A stretch of 64,000 nucleotides of DNA, taken from contig JAIKVL010000007.1 of assembly GCA_024685775.1 (NCBI GenBank), positions 15,627-79,626 on the forward strand. Direction: 5' to 3'. This DNA comes from Clostridia bacterium. Its GTDB lineage: Bacteria > Bacillota > Clostridia > Christensenellales > CAG-1252. This document shows, piece by piece, positions 25,799 to 36,600 of the stretch (position 1 is the stretch's first letter; the number at the start of each line of letters is the position of its first letter). The notes below the pieces were generated by a model. That model worked only from the letters and a program-made list of their open reading frames with translations. It searched no databases and had not been told where the DNA came from. The position numbers and the translations under genes are program-made.

Positions 25799-26803
25799 TT
25801 ACTTGACCAGCCCTCTTTCGAGAAGGAGTTGCGCGATTTGGACGGCGTTGGTCGCCGCGCCTTTGCGGATGTTATCCGCGACGACGAAGAGGTTGCAACC
25901 GCTTTCGACGCTGAAATCGAGGCGGATACGCCCGATATAGACTTCGTCGTGATTTTCGGCGTAGATCGGCATCGGATATTTGCCGTTCTTATCGTCGTCC
26001 ACCAAAATGACGTTCGGGAAAGAGGCGAGCGCTTCTTTGATCCCTTCCAAGGTGCAGGGCTTTTCGAATTCGAGGTTGATGCTTTCGCTGTGACCGTGGA
26101 AGACGGGGACGCGAACCGTCGTCGCCGTGACGCGAAGGTCGGGTCTGCCGAGGATCTTCCTCGTCTCGTTGATCATCTTTTCCTCTTCCTTGGTGTAGCC
26201 GTTATCGAGGAAGACGTCGATCTGCGGAATGACGTTCGCGAAGATCGGGTAGGGGAACTTCTTGGGAGCGATGCCTTCCGCGCCGTCCTTCAAATCGTTG
26301 TAACCTTGGACGCCCGCGCCGCTGACCGCTTGATAGGTCGAATAGACGACGCGCTTGATTCTGTACTTATCGTCGAGGGGTTTCAAAGCGAGCATCGCTT
26401 GGATCGTGGAGCAGTTCGGGTTCGCGATGATGCCGTGATTCCAAGTAACGTCGTCCGGGTTGACCTCGGGGACGACGAGAGGAACGTCTTTATCCATTCT
26501 CCACTGGCTGCTGTTATCGACGACGATCGCGCCTTGCGCGGCGAAGATCGGAGCGAAGGTCTTGCTGACCGAACCGCCCGCGCTGAACAGGGCGATATCG
26601 ACGTCGACCTTTTTGACGTTCTCTTCCGTCAATTCGATGACGGTGTGATCCTTGCCCATAAAGTTGATGACTTTACCCGCGCTCTTCGCGCTTGCGAAAA
26701 GGTAGTAGTTTTCAACGGGGAGCTTGCGCTCGGTGAGCACTTCCAAAAATTTGTTACCGACCATACCGGTCGCGCCTACGACGGCAAGATTGATTTTTCT
26801 CAT
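25799..26803 (-). CDS. asd: aspartate-semialdehyde dehydrogenase
   Basis: VVGATGMVG, DNSS, ANPNCST catalytic Cys, YQAVSGAG, RVPVFHGHS, DNIRKGAATN; start MRKIN after SD GGAGG. Confidence 0.97.
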   Translation of the reverse strand: MRKINLAVVGATGMVGNKFLEVLTERKLPVENYYLFASAKSAGKVINFMGKDHTVIELTEENVKKVDVDIALFSAGGSVSKTFAPIFAAQGAIVVDNSSQWRMDKDVPLVVPEVNPDDVTWNHGIIANPNCSTIQAMLALKPLDDKYRIKRVVYSTYQAVSGAGVQGYNDLKDGAEGIAPKKFPYPIFANVIPQIDVFLDNGYTKEEEKMINETRKILGRPDLRVTATTVRVPVFHGHSESINLEFEKPCTLEGIKEALASFPNVILVDDDKNGKYPMPIYAENHDEVYIGRIRLDFSVESGCNLFVVADNIRKGAATNAVQIAQLLLERGLVK

Positions 26804-26940
26804 ATTTCCTCCGAAATTCGTAGCGTTTTCCGCGCTATTCTCAATAAATGCTATCAAAAAAACTTTTCTTTGTCAAAGAATTGACTTATATTTACTTTGA
26901 TATTTTGAAAAATTAGTGTAAAATAGCGATAGGAGTTACT

Positions 26941-28041
26941 ATGAGCAGAGTCGATTTGTTGATGAAATTATCCCTTGAAAAAGACCAGCGCACGAACAGC
27001 GGCGAGGTCAACCAACATTCCGTTCGCCACGCGACGAGCGTCTTTTCCGAAAACCTTCGCCGCATCTTTTTGACGAACTTGATCTACGTCCTCATCTTTG
27101 CGCTCCCGTTCTTGTTCCTTGCGTTTATCGCGCCCGCCCTCGTCAAAAATTGGGTTTTCGCCCGCGGGGATTACAACTTCGTCGGGCAGATCGGGATCGG
27201 CTATCCCGGCGTCGTCAACACGATGGCGGAAGGCTATAAAGTTCTGTTCGGTCATTATTTCAAGATCTACATTCCGATCCTTTCCGCTTCGATCGTTTTG
27301 ATGTTCGTCGGTCTTTCGGGATTGTTCCACTGCTTGCGCGGTTATATGTGGGGCGAGAACGTTCGCCCGGTCAAGAGCTTTTTCCGCGGCGTCAAAAAGC
27401 TTTGGAAGCCTTTCTTGATCACGGGCGTTTCCTTCGGCGCGTTTATGTGCGGCGTCCTGTACGGCGCGGTGTGGCATATCTCCCTTTTGAAGCAGGGCGC
27501 GGCGAACGGCGGGACGTGGGTCCTTTTTATCGGCGTCATTCTTCTTACTTGGCTTGCGGTCTCCGTCTTGGTCTATTTGCTTCCGATGTTCGCCTGCTAT
27601 CGCTATAAGTACGCGGACGCTTTGAAAAACAGCTTGATCATCGCCCTCGTAAATTGGCTGCCCTCGCTCTTTACCGCGGCGTTTACGATCGGCGTTTTCT
27701 GCCTTTCCCTTGCGAACGTCGCGTTTAATTACATCGTCCTCATTCTTTTGTTCCTGGTCGGATTCGGCTTCCTCGGCGGGATCTGGACGAGTTCGGCGCA
27801 AAAAGCCTTCGCGAACTTTATCGCTCCGCAATACGAGAGCGCGAATTCGGGCGGCAAACTCAGAGTCGAAGCGCGCCGCGGCGTAAACCCCTATAAGGCG
27901 AAGAAAGCCAAGGATAAGGCGAACGCGGACACCGCGATCGGAAAGGCGAGCCAAATGAGAGTGCAATCTTCCGAAGGCGCGGAAGCTCCCAAGAAAAAGA
28001 AAACCCAAACGAAGTACGTTTCGTACAAAAGGAAAAAATAA
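26941..28041 (+). CDS. integral membrane protein (YesL/DUF624-like) with basic C-terminal tail
   Basis: About 6 hydrophobic segments; VKSFFRGVKKLWK; SD AGGAG. Confidence 0.7.
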   Translation: MSRVDLLMKLSLEKDQRTNSGEVNQHSVRHATSVFSENLRRIFLTNLIYVLIFALPFLFLAFIAPALVKNWVFARGDYNFVGQIGIGYPGVVNTMAEGYKVLFGHYFKIYIPILSASIVLMFVGLSGLFHCLRGYMWGENVRPVKSFFRGVKKLWKPFLITGVSFGAFMCGVLYGAVWHISLLKQGAANGGTWVLFIGVILLTWLAVSVLVYLLPMFACYRYKYADALKNSLIIALVNWLPSLFTAAFTIGVFCLSLANVAFNYIVLILLFLVGFGFLGGIWTSSAQKAFANFIAPQYESANSGGKLRVEARRGVNPYKAKKAKDKANADTAIGKASQMRVQSSEGAEAPKKKKTQTKYVSYKRKK

Positions 28042-28043
28042 TC

Positions 28044-28928
28044 ATGGATTCGATCAATAAGGCGCTCGTTTTCGGCGGGCAGGTCAAGGTCGTCGCGTTC
28101 AAGACGACCGATCTTGTTAACACGGCGATCTCCCTTCACTCTTTGACGCCCCTTGCGGCGGAAGCGCTCGGCAAAGTTCTGACGATGGGCGCGTATCTTT
28201 CCAACGAACTCAAAGGCGAAAAAGAGAAACTCAGCGTCCATATCACCGATAAAGGACTTCTCGGTTCGATCATCGTCGCGGCGGACGCGGGCGGTTTCGT
28301 TCGCGGTTACGTCGAGCATAAAGACGCGTCTCTTCCCCCTCTCGGAAACGGAAAGCAGAATTTGTTCGAGGGGATCGGCAGCGACGGATTTATCACCGTC
28401 ATCAAAGATCTCGGGCTCAAAGATCCCTACGTCGGAAAGACCGAGCTCGTTCGCGGCAATCTCGAAGAGGATTTCGCTTGGTATTTTACCCGCTCCGAAG
28501 GCTCTCCGACCGCGCTTGCCTTGAACGTAACGATCGGCGCGGACGGGAAGTGCGAATCCGCGGGCGGCGTCCTCGTCCAACCGATGCCGAATTGCCCGGA
28601 GCATATCCTCGTCGTCGTCGAAGACATCGTCTCGCAGTTCGCGGATATCGGCGAAGTTCTGAAAGTCAAAGACCCCGCCGAAATTTTGAAAGACTATTTC
28701 GGGCATTTCGAGATCGAGTATTTCCCCTCGACCCATCCCGAGTATCGTTGCAAGTGCAGTCGGGAGCAAATGTCGAACGCTGTCATCGCGCTCGGAAGAG
28801 CGGACTCCGTCAACCTTTTGATGGAGCGCGGCGAGATCGAAGTCCTGTGTCATTTTTGCGGCACGAAGTACATATTCAACAAACAAGACGTAATCGATAT
28901 ATGGAGGCGCTATGATAATAAACTTTGA
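28044..28928 (+). CDS. hslO: Hsp33 redox-regulated chaperone
   Basis: LGKVLTMG, RSEG, AGGVLVQPMP, C-terminal CKCS...CHFC zinc centre. Confidence 0.93.
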   Translation: MDSINKALVFGGQVKVVAFKTTDLVNTAISLHSLTPLAAEALGKVLTMGAYLSNELKGEKEKLSVHITDKGLLGSIIVAADAGGFVRGYVEHKDASLPPLGNGKQNLFEGIGSDGFITVIKDLGLKDPYVGKTELVRGNLEEDFAWYFTRSEGSPTALALNVTIGADGKCESAGGVLVQPMPNCPEHILVVVEDIVSQFADIGEVLKVKDPAEILKDYFGHFEIEYFPSTHPEYRCKCSREQMSNAVIALGRADSVNLLMERGEIEVLCHFCGTKYIFNKQDVIDIWRRYDNKL

Positions 28929-30549
28929 CCAAACTCCCGAAAGCTATTTTCGTCTTTCCGAGAATGCGCTCGGAAAAGGGGAGTTGATCAAAGCTTTGCA
29001 GTATTGCGAAAAGGCGCTCGAAGGCAAGAGAACGGCGGAATATCGCCTGACGCTTGCCGAGATTTTTCTCAAAATGAGAAGAAACAGGGAGGCGATGGAC
29101 GCCGCGCTTTCCGTCCTTGCGCAGGGGTCGGAGCATAAAGCCGAAGTGTTTGACTTAATGGCGAAAGCGACGACCGCCGACGGAAAACTGTACGATTCCC
29201 TTTTTTACGTTATGGGCAAAGCCGAGCTCGAAGGCGACGACGACACGCTGGACGCGATGGACGAAGTCGTGGACGATTTGATGGGCTCGTTTTCCGAACC
29301 GAAAAATCGGTTGTTCCTCGTCGGGAAAGAAGAAAAGAAAAACTATGCGCGCGAGATGGATAAAGCGACGTTCTTCTTCTCCGCCGAGCAGTTCGAAAGA
29401 GCGAAAGAAACCGCTCTCGGGATCCCCGAAGGCTCCGATCTGTATGAAGACGCGCAGAATATCGTTTTGCGCTCCGAGACCCGTATGGGCGATCTCTCTT
29501 CCGCTTACGAGACCGCGAAAAAAGCGGTCGAACGCGATCCGAAGAACGGCTTCGCGTTGTACGTCCTCATCGAGCGTTGCGGCGACAAGAGCTTCGTTCC
29601 CAATCTCTTAAACGTCGGGACCGCGCCTCCCGATCTTTATTTCTCCATCGAGGCGGCGGATTTCGCGAAGGAAAGCGAGATCGCGACCGAGCTTGCCGAT
29701 CGCCTGCTCAAAAGCGTGCCGTATTCGCCCGAAGCTCATTTCGTGGCGGCGGGAGCGTATCTGAACGCAGGAGACAAGAAGCGTTCGCTCGACATTTTGA
29801 AGACGCTTTTTTCCTTTTATAAGAGATATCCCGCCTCGCTGATCCTCAAAAAATGGTCGCGCTTTTCCGAAGTCGAGCTGATGCTCGGGGGACCGCTCCC
29901 GGATCGAGTGATCGACGCTCTCTGTTCCTACGTCAAAAAATTCACGAAACGCGCCGATCTCTTTACGAACGAGTTTTTATCCGACAAAGATTTTCGCGCG
30001 TCCGTTCGTCTTTTGCTTGAAGACGGAGGGACGGACGCCGCGTACAGAGCATGCGCGATCCTCGGCGACAGCGACTCTCCGAAACTCAGGAAATTTTTAG
30101 AAGATCGCTTGATCAGCACCTTCGTGGATCAAAACGTCAAGCGCGAAATTCTCTCGAAACTTTTGCTGAAAAAGCATAAAGGGAAAATCTGTCTCGTGCC
30201 GAGCGCCGTCCTCGTCAAGCTCGATTGTCGTAAGCCCGCGCATTACGAAGAATATCCCGAGCCGTTGAAGGTCGCTTATGCGGAAGTTTTGTCTTTCATA
30301 ACCTGCGTTTTCGATTTCCGTTGCGTGAAAGAACTTTCCGCGTTGACGGAAGAACTCTTCGAGCGCGATCTCGCGACCGAAAAGGATCCCGCGGTCATTG
30401 CCGCCGCGCTCGCCCGCGTGATCGTCTCCGAAAACGAGATGCCCTTCGCGAAGCGTCCCGGAATGGCGGAAAACATCGTTCGCGACTTTTTCGAACTCGG
30501 CAAAACGCAATACGCCCGAATGCTTAGGCTCGTCTCGAAACTTGTTTGA
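28912..30549 (+). CDS. tetratricopeptide-repeat protein
   Basis: Repeated helical TPR-like patterns (ALQYCEKAL, AYETAKKAVERDPKN, PEAHFVAAGAY). Confidence 0.7.
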   Translation: MIINFDQTPESYFRLSENALGKGELIKALQYCEKALEGKRTAEYRLTLAEIFLKMRRNREAMDAALSVLAQGSEHKAEVFDLMAKATTADGKLYDSLFYVMGKAELEGDDDTLDAMDEVVDDLMGSFSEPKNRLFLVGKEEKKNYAREMDKATFFFSAEQFERAKETALGIPEGSDLYEDAQNIVLRSETRMGDLSSAYETAKKAVERDPKNGFALYVLIERCGDKSFVPNLLNVGTAPPDLYFSIEAADFAKESEIATELADRLLKSVPYSPEAHFVAAGAYLNAGDKKRSLDILKTLFSFYKRYPASLILKKWSRFSEVELMLGGPLPDRVIDALCSYVKKFTKRADLFTNEFLSDKDFRASVRLLLEDGGTDAAYRACAILGDSDSPKLRKFLEDRLISTFVDQNVKREILSKLLLKKHKGKICLVPSAVLVKLDCRKPAHYEEYPEPLKVAYAEVLSFITCVFDFRCVKELSALTEELFERDLATEKDPAVIAAALARVIVSENEMPFAKRPGMAENIVRDFFELGKTQYARMLRLVSKLV

Positions 30550-30711
30550 GATCGTTTGCGTTTGATTCCCCGTCGGCGGTTTTGTCGGGAAGAGCCGGCA
30601 AAGGATCGTTTTTTATAGAACAGCCCCCGCGTCGCGCCGTCGTCACGGGGATTTTTTTATGCGGGAAGAAAAACCCGTTTTGTCCGCTCCCTTTTTTGCA
30701 TATCATTTTTT

Positions 30712-31695
30712 ATGAAAAGTTTTTTTCGGGCGATGAAGACGGCGTGTCTGTTCGTCGGATCGGTCGTCGGGGCGGGATTCGCCACGGGACGGGAGATTGC
30801 ATTGTTTTTCGGCGGCGGTTCGGCTTGGAACGTCGGGATCGCGGCGGCGTTTATGGGCGCGGCGGCTTTTTTGTTTCTCGAAACGGGGGCAAAGGGATCG
30901 GCGATCGATCCGCGCGTTCGAACGGGTGCGGACGCCCTCGTCGCGGTCTCGTCTTTCGTCGTATACGCGGCGATGATCGCTTCCGCGGAAAGCGTCCTTT
31001 TCGGTCTTTTCGGGAAAAAGGGGCTTTCGCTTTTCGTCGCGTTTTTTTGCGCGATCCTTTCCCCGAAAGGCGTGGGGTGGGTCTCGCGATTGAATTTTCT
31101 TGCCGTTCCCGCGCTCGCTGTGATCGTGATCTTCGTCGGCGCGAAGACTCCGTTTTCGGCGCGTTTCGATTCGATCCGTCCTTTTTCCTCGGTGGCGTAC
31201 GGAGCGATGAATATGCTTTTTTCGGGCGCGCTTATGGCGGAAGAGGGGAGAAGTCTTTCGAAAAGAGAACGGTGCGTCGCGGCGGCTTTGTGCGGCGGCT
31301 TGATCTTCGCGCTGCTCCTTTTTATGTTTCGCGCCGCTTCTTTTTCTCCTCGGAGCGAGATGCCTTTTCTCGTCGCGGCGGAAAGGGCGGGGATCGGGGC
31401 GGTCGCGCCCGTCGCGCTCCTTCTTGCGATCGTAACGACGATGATCGGTTGCGATTATCTCGTAACGGGGAAATTGAATGAAACTCTCGGCGATCCCGTC
31501 CTTTCTTCCGCGCTCGTCCTGCTGTCGGGCTTTCTGCTGTCGCTCGTCGGGTTCGCTCCGATCGTTCGGACGGCGTATCCCGTCGTGTCGTATCTCGGGA
31601 TCGCGTTCACTTTCGCCGCCGCGGTCTTTCTCCCCGCCTTTCGGAGCGGTGGCTCTTTTCGCTTTCCGAAAAAGCAACTGAAAGGAAAGGGTTGA
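30712..31695 (+). CDS. YkvI-like membrane protein
   Basis: FVGSVVGAGFATGREIALFF N-terminal signature; multi-TM. Confidence 0.8.
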   Translation: MKSFFRAMKTACLFVGSVVGAGFATGREIALFFGGGSAWNVGIAAAFMGAAAFLFLETGAKGSAIDPRVRTGADALVAVSSFVVYAAMIASAESVLFGLFGKKGLSLFVAFFCAILSPKGVGWVSRLNFLAVPALAVIVIFVGAKTPFSARFDSIRPFSSVAYGAMNMLFSGALMAEEGRSLSKRERCVAAALCGGLIFALLLFMFRAASFSPRSEMPFLVAAERAGIGAVAPVALLLAIVTTMIGCDYLVTGKLNETLGDPVLSSALVLLSGFLLSLVGFAPIVRTAYPVVSYLGIAFTFAAAVFLPAFRSGGSFRFPKKQLKGKG

Positions 31696-31727
31696 GTTTT
31701 TCTCCGATAAGGTTTATAATACGAAAT

Positions 31728-32549
31728 ATGAAGTACGTCAAACTGACTTGGGATTACATAAAGGAGAAGCATTTCCGCATTCTCGCGCTTACGTGCGTCG
31801 TTCCCGCCGTCGCGCTTGCTCTTTTGAAAAGTTTTTCCACGACGGCGAGTTATTTCGTAAATTTCAGCCGCGAAACGAGCGATTCTTTCGCCCAAATTTT
31901 CAGGCTCAGCACCCGCTTCGGTTGGCAAAGCGTTTTGCGCGGCGTCGCGAGCATCGTGATCATCGCGCTCTTTTCCTCGTATCTGGTCGGCGTCGTCATC
32001 CGTCATATGCGGACGGGGCGGCCGGATCTTTCCCACGCGTTCACCCGCATAAACGAGAATTTTCTCGCCGTGATCCGTCTCGTCCTCTTAACGGGCGTGT
32101 TGATCCTTTTGTTCGGGCTTTTGAATTCGACGTTCGTCTTCCTTTGGAGCAAAGTCGCGAGAAACGTGATTTGGCTCGTCTTCCTTTTAAGTTTTCTGAC
32201 GATGGCGGGGCTGTTCTTCATCCTGATCGGCGCCTTTTCGTATACCGCGCTGTGGGTTCCCGCGATGGTCGTCACGGGGCAACCCGCGCTTCCTTCTCTC
32301 GCGACTTCGATCCGAGAGACCAAAGATCACGGTTTCGCGTCCTTTTTCGTGGGAGTTTTGCTCCCGTTGATCCCGGGATTCGCGATCGAATTCCTGACGA
32401 GTTTCGTCGGGAATCCCGTCTTGACCGTGATCGGTGATTTCGTATTTTATTTCGTGGTGCTTGCGTATTATCCCGTCTTTTCCGCCGTCGCGTATTACGA
32501 CGTAAACGGATTGGATCGTGAAGATCTGCTGCGCGCGAATCGGATGTAG
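31728..32549 (+). CDS. integral membrane protein, unknown function
   Basis: Multi-TM ORF in host codon style; ATG 31728 lies 7 nt after TTGAGT-17-TATAAT. Confidence 0.7.
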   Translation: MKYVKLTWDYIKEKHFRILALTCVVPAVALALLKSFSTTASYFVNFSRETSDSFAQIFRLSTRFGWQSVLRGVASIVIIALFSSYLVGVVIRHMRTGRPDLSHAFTRINENFLAVIRLVLLTGVLILLFGLLNSTFVFLWSKVARNVIWLVFLLSFLTMAGLFFILIGAFSYTALWVPAMVVTGQPALPSLATSIRETKDHGFASFFVGVLLPLIPGFAIEFLTSFVGNPVLTVIGDFVFYFVVLAYYPVFSAVAYYDVNGLDREDLLRANRM

Positions 32550-32557
32550 GAGGCTTT

Positions 32558-33460
32558 ATGGCGATCAAACACACGACCGGGATCTTTATCTCGAAATTCG
32601 GCTTGGTATATAAGATCATAGTTTATTTTTTGATCGTCGTCCTGATCGTCGGGGCGATCTCGTTTTCGGTCGCGCATCCCGCGCTCAAAAGTCTCTTTGA
32701 AAAGGTCGGCGACACGGGTTTCGTCCAACACGCGAAAAGCGGCATCGGAAAGCTTGTCCGCGGAAACAGCGATTTTTTAGTCGAATTTCAAGCCGCCTAC
32801 GATTCTTTCGAGGAACTTGCTTCGACTTTGAGAAACGAAAAAGCGGAGTGGGCGAAGTTGACCGTTACGTTCTTCGTCTCCTTTGCCGTCATAACCTATT
32901 TGCTTGCGTTGAGCTTCTTGCCGTTTTCGGATATTCTCCGAAATTTTATGAGCAGTAAATCGGAGTACGGTTTTATGAGCAACCTCGTCGCAAACGGCGG
33001 GCGCGCCGCGCTGTACGCGCTGTTCTACACGCTCGTCGTCTTTACTTCTCAGATCGCGATCACCGCGCTTTCCGTCTTCGTCTTTTTGAAACTCGTGCCG
33101 AAGATCGGCGTGCTCGCGCTGACCGTCGGCTATTTGATTTTGACCCTGCTTTCGGGCTTGAAATCGACGATCTTCTCGGGCTGGCTCCCCGCGACCGTGA
33201 CGGAAAACGTCTGCGTTTTCAAAGGCTTCGTCGTCGGGATCCGCGCGATCGGAAAGAAGTTTTTGCGTTCGTTCTGGACGTTCGTCTTTTTGAGTTGGAT
33301 CATGACCTATTTGATCCTTTCGTTCGGCATTCTGACGTTCGGCGTCGGGTTCATTATCGCGGTCCCGTCCCTTTTCATTATGTATCGGATCGTTGAGCTC
33401 GTCCTCTATTTCGACGTTTGCGGTTACCGCTATTACGTCGACGAGCAAACTGTCCGTTGA
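32558..33460 (+). CDS. integral membrane protein, unknown function
   Basis: Multi-TM ORF, SD AGGAGG. Confidence 0.7.
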   Translation: MAIKHTTGIFISKFGLVYKIIVYFLIVVLIVGAISFSVAHPALKSLFEKVGDTGFVQHAKSGIGKLVRGNSDFLVEFQAAYDSFEELASTLRNEKAEWAKLTVTFFVSFAVITYLLALSFLPFSDILRNFMSSKSEYGFMSNLVANGGRAALYALFYTLVVFTSQIAITALSVFVFLKLVPKIGVLALTVGYLILTLLSGLKSTIFSGWLPATVTENVCVFKGFVVGIRAIGKKFLRSFWTFVFLSWIMTYLILSFGILTFGVGFIIAVPSLFIMYRIVELVLYFDVCGYRYYVDEQTVR

Positions 33461-33484
33461 TCCGTCTTTCGGTCGAAAAGATTG

Positions 33485-33523
33485 AATCCCGCGTGATTCC
33501 TTCCGGGTGCGCGGGATTTTTTT
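33485..33523 (+). terminator. Rho-independent terminator
   Basis: AATCCCGCG...CGCGGGATT plus T-run. Confidence 0.7.
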
Positions 33524-33573
33524 ACGGGGAGCGACCCTGTTTTTTCCTTGCGGAAAAACGGCGGGCGCGCATA

Positions 33574-33603
33574 TTGACAAAATTTTCGCCAATATGTTAT
33601 TAT
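33574..33603 (+). promoter_or_regulatory. sigma-A promoter of amidase lipoprotein gene
   Basis: TTGACA-18-TATTAT with extended TG. Confidence 0.7.
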
Positions 33604-33662
33604 ATATAATTATAAAACGCACATCCCGCGCGAGGCGCCGATATTCGATCAAGGAGAATACC

Positions 33663-36600
33663 ATGAAAAAAGTTCGCTTTTTATTCGTACTGATTTTTCT
33701 GTTTTTTTGTACGGCGATTTTGATTTCTTGCGGCGGGATCACTTTTTTCAAGAACACAAATACGAAACCCGAAGAGAAAACCCTCGATTTTACGACGGTG
33801 TACGCGATGGCGGAAGACGCGGGCTACACGGGAACGATGGAAGAGCTCGTCGCTCTTTTCAAAGGAGACAGCGCGTATCAAATCGCGGTCGCGAACGGGT
33901 ACAGCGGCAGTGAGCTCGACTGGCTTGCTTCTCTTTCCGGCGCCGCGGGTAAGGACGGGAAGACTCCCGCGATCGGCGCGAATAAGCATTGGTACGTCGG
34001 CGGCGTGGATACCGGCATTTGCGCCGAAGGGAAAGACGGCGTCTCTCCGACAATCGAGATCAATGCGGACGGCTACTGGGTCATCAACGGAATCGCGACG
34101 AATAAAAGAGCGGTCGGGATCGCGGGCGAAGACGGAAAGGACGGCGTAACGCCGACGATCGAGATCAACGAAGAAGGCTATTGGGTCATTAACGGCGTCG
34201 TGTCGAACGTCAAAGCGGCGGGCGAAAAGGGCGCGGACGGCTTGATGCCCGAGATCACGATCAATGCGGAAGGTTACTGGGTCGTCAACGGCGTCGCCAC
34301 CGATAAAAAAGCGGTCGGGACCGCGACGGGCGAGACGATCGTCCCGACGATCGGCGACAATCATCATTGGTACATAGAAGGCGTGGACACCGGCGTCCTC
34401 GCGGAAGGCGTAAACGGATCGAACGGCGCGGATGGCGCAAACGGTAAGTCCGCTTACGAACTCGCCGTGGAGAACGGCTACGTCGGAACCGTCCAAGAAT
34501 GGCTTGCGTCTTTGGTCGGCGCGGCGGGCGAGAACGGAATCGACGGGACGAACGGTAAAGACGGAAAAGACGGAAAAGACGGCGTAACGCCGACGATCGA
34601 AATCAACGAGCAAGGTTACTGGGTCATTAACGGCGTGGTGACGAACGTCAAAGCCGCCGGCGTGGACGGTAAAGACGGCAAGGACGGTAAAGACGGCAAG
34701 GATGGAACGAACGGGATCAACGGTAGCGACGGCGCGAACGGAAAATCCGCGTATGAACTTGCCGTGGAGAACGGATACACGGGTACCGTTCAAGAATGGC
34801 TCGCGTCTTTGGTGGGTGAAGCGGGCGTAAACGGATCGAACGGCGCGAACGGTGCGGACGGAAAATCCGCGTATGAAATCGCGCGCGATCACGGGTACAC
34901 GGGTACCGAAGCGCAATGGCTTGCCTCTTTGGTCGGAGCAACGGGCGCGACGGGCGCGGCGGGGCAAAACGGAATTAACGGAAGTAACGGCGCGGATGGA
35001 AAGTCGGCGTATGAACTCGCCGTGGAAAACGGCTTTAACGGCTCGCTCTCCGAGTGGCTGGACAGCTTGATCGGCGCAGACGGCAAAGACGGACAGGACG
35101 GCAAAGACGGAACGAACGGAATAAACGGCAGCAACGGCGCGAACGGCAAATCCGCTTACGAACTCGCGGTCGAAAACGGCTTTAACGGGTCTCTTACCGA
35201 ATGGCTTGCGTCCTTGGTCGGTGCGACGGGCGCGGCGGGGCAGAACGGCAAAGACGGAAAGGATGGAAAAGACGGGGTCGACGGTACGAACGGAACCGAC
35301 GGCGCGGACGGGAAGTCCGCTTACGAAATCGCGTGCGATCACGGGTACACGGGAACCGTTCAGGAATGGCTTGCTTCCTTGGTCGGCGCGACGGGCGCCG
35401 CAGGGCAGAACGGACAAAACGGGACGAACGGCGCGAACGGAAAGTCCGCGTATGAACTCGCACTGGATCACGGCTATACCGGAACCGAAGCGCAATGGCT
35501 CGCTTCCTTGGTCGGAGCCGCGGGTCAAGACGGAAAAGACGGCAAGGACGGTAAGGACGGCGTAACGCCGACCGTCGAGATCAACGCGCAAGGCTATTGG
35601 GTCATCAACGGCATTCAGACGGCTGTCAAAGCGGTCGGAACGAACGGAACGAACGGGACGAACGGCGTGAACGGACAAGACGGGAAAGACGGAAAAGACG
35701 GCGTCTCGATCGTCAGCGTCGAATGGAATGAAAACAAAGAACTTTTGATCACCTTATCCAGCGGAACGGTTCTGAACATCGGGCAGATTCCCGCCGCGGA
35801 AGGCGACGTCCTCGATTATTATCCCTTGGATAACGGAACGTGGGGCGTAAAAGCGGGCAAAGGCTATTACCTTTCGAGCGTCGTGATCCCCGCGTCTTAC
35901 GAAGGCAAGGCGGTCACGAAGATTCTGCCTTCCGCTTTCGAAGGCGACCGCAATCTCGAAACGATTTCGATTCCTTCTTCGATCGTCGAGATCGGTGAAA
36001 AGGCGTTCTTCGGTTGCGAGAACCTCGCTTCTCTTTCGATCCCCGCGAGCGTAACGCGGATCGACGATTGGGCGTTCCGCGATTGCATGGGACTCGAATC
36101 CATCGAAGTGGCGGCGGGTAATTCGACCTTTGCGGTAAACGAAGGAAAACTTATCAACGGCTTGACGAATAAACTCGTCGCTTGCGTCGTCGGTTCGGTC
36201 TATTATTCGCTCGTGATCGATAATTACGTCGGCGTCGGCGAAGAAAAGACGGTTTCCGTCATTTCCGATTATCTGACTGCGAACGACTTTACCTATTCCG
36301 TTTCCGACGAAAGGATAATCTCTTTCCTCGGGAACTCGTATCAAGGATTGAAGGAAGGCACCGTGACGATCTACGTTACCTTCAACGGCGAGACCGAAAC
36401 CAAAGAGGTCACCGTCAAGGAAGTCCGTTATTTGTCCTTTGATTTGGACGGCGGCTCGGCGGTCGATCTCCCCGATAGAGTCTATGCGGGGACGACGGTC
36501 GATCTCCCCGTCGGCACGAAAGACGGCTATCAGTTCGCGGGTTGGTTCGTCTCGTCCTCTTTTGCGGGCGATCCCGTGACCACGCTTTCGGATCAAAATG

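Noticed and set aside
33790-35720. Repeats as CRISPR array or prophage tail-fibre gene
   Set aside because: Repeats are in-frame, degenerate at third positions and have no unique spacers; the gene has a lipobox, host codon usage and no phage neighbours.
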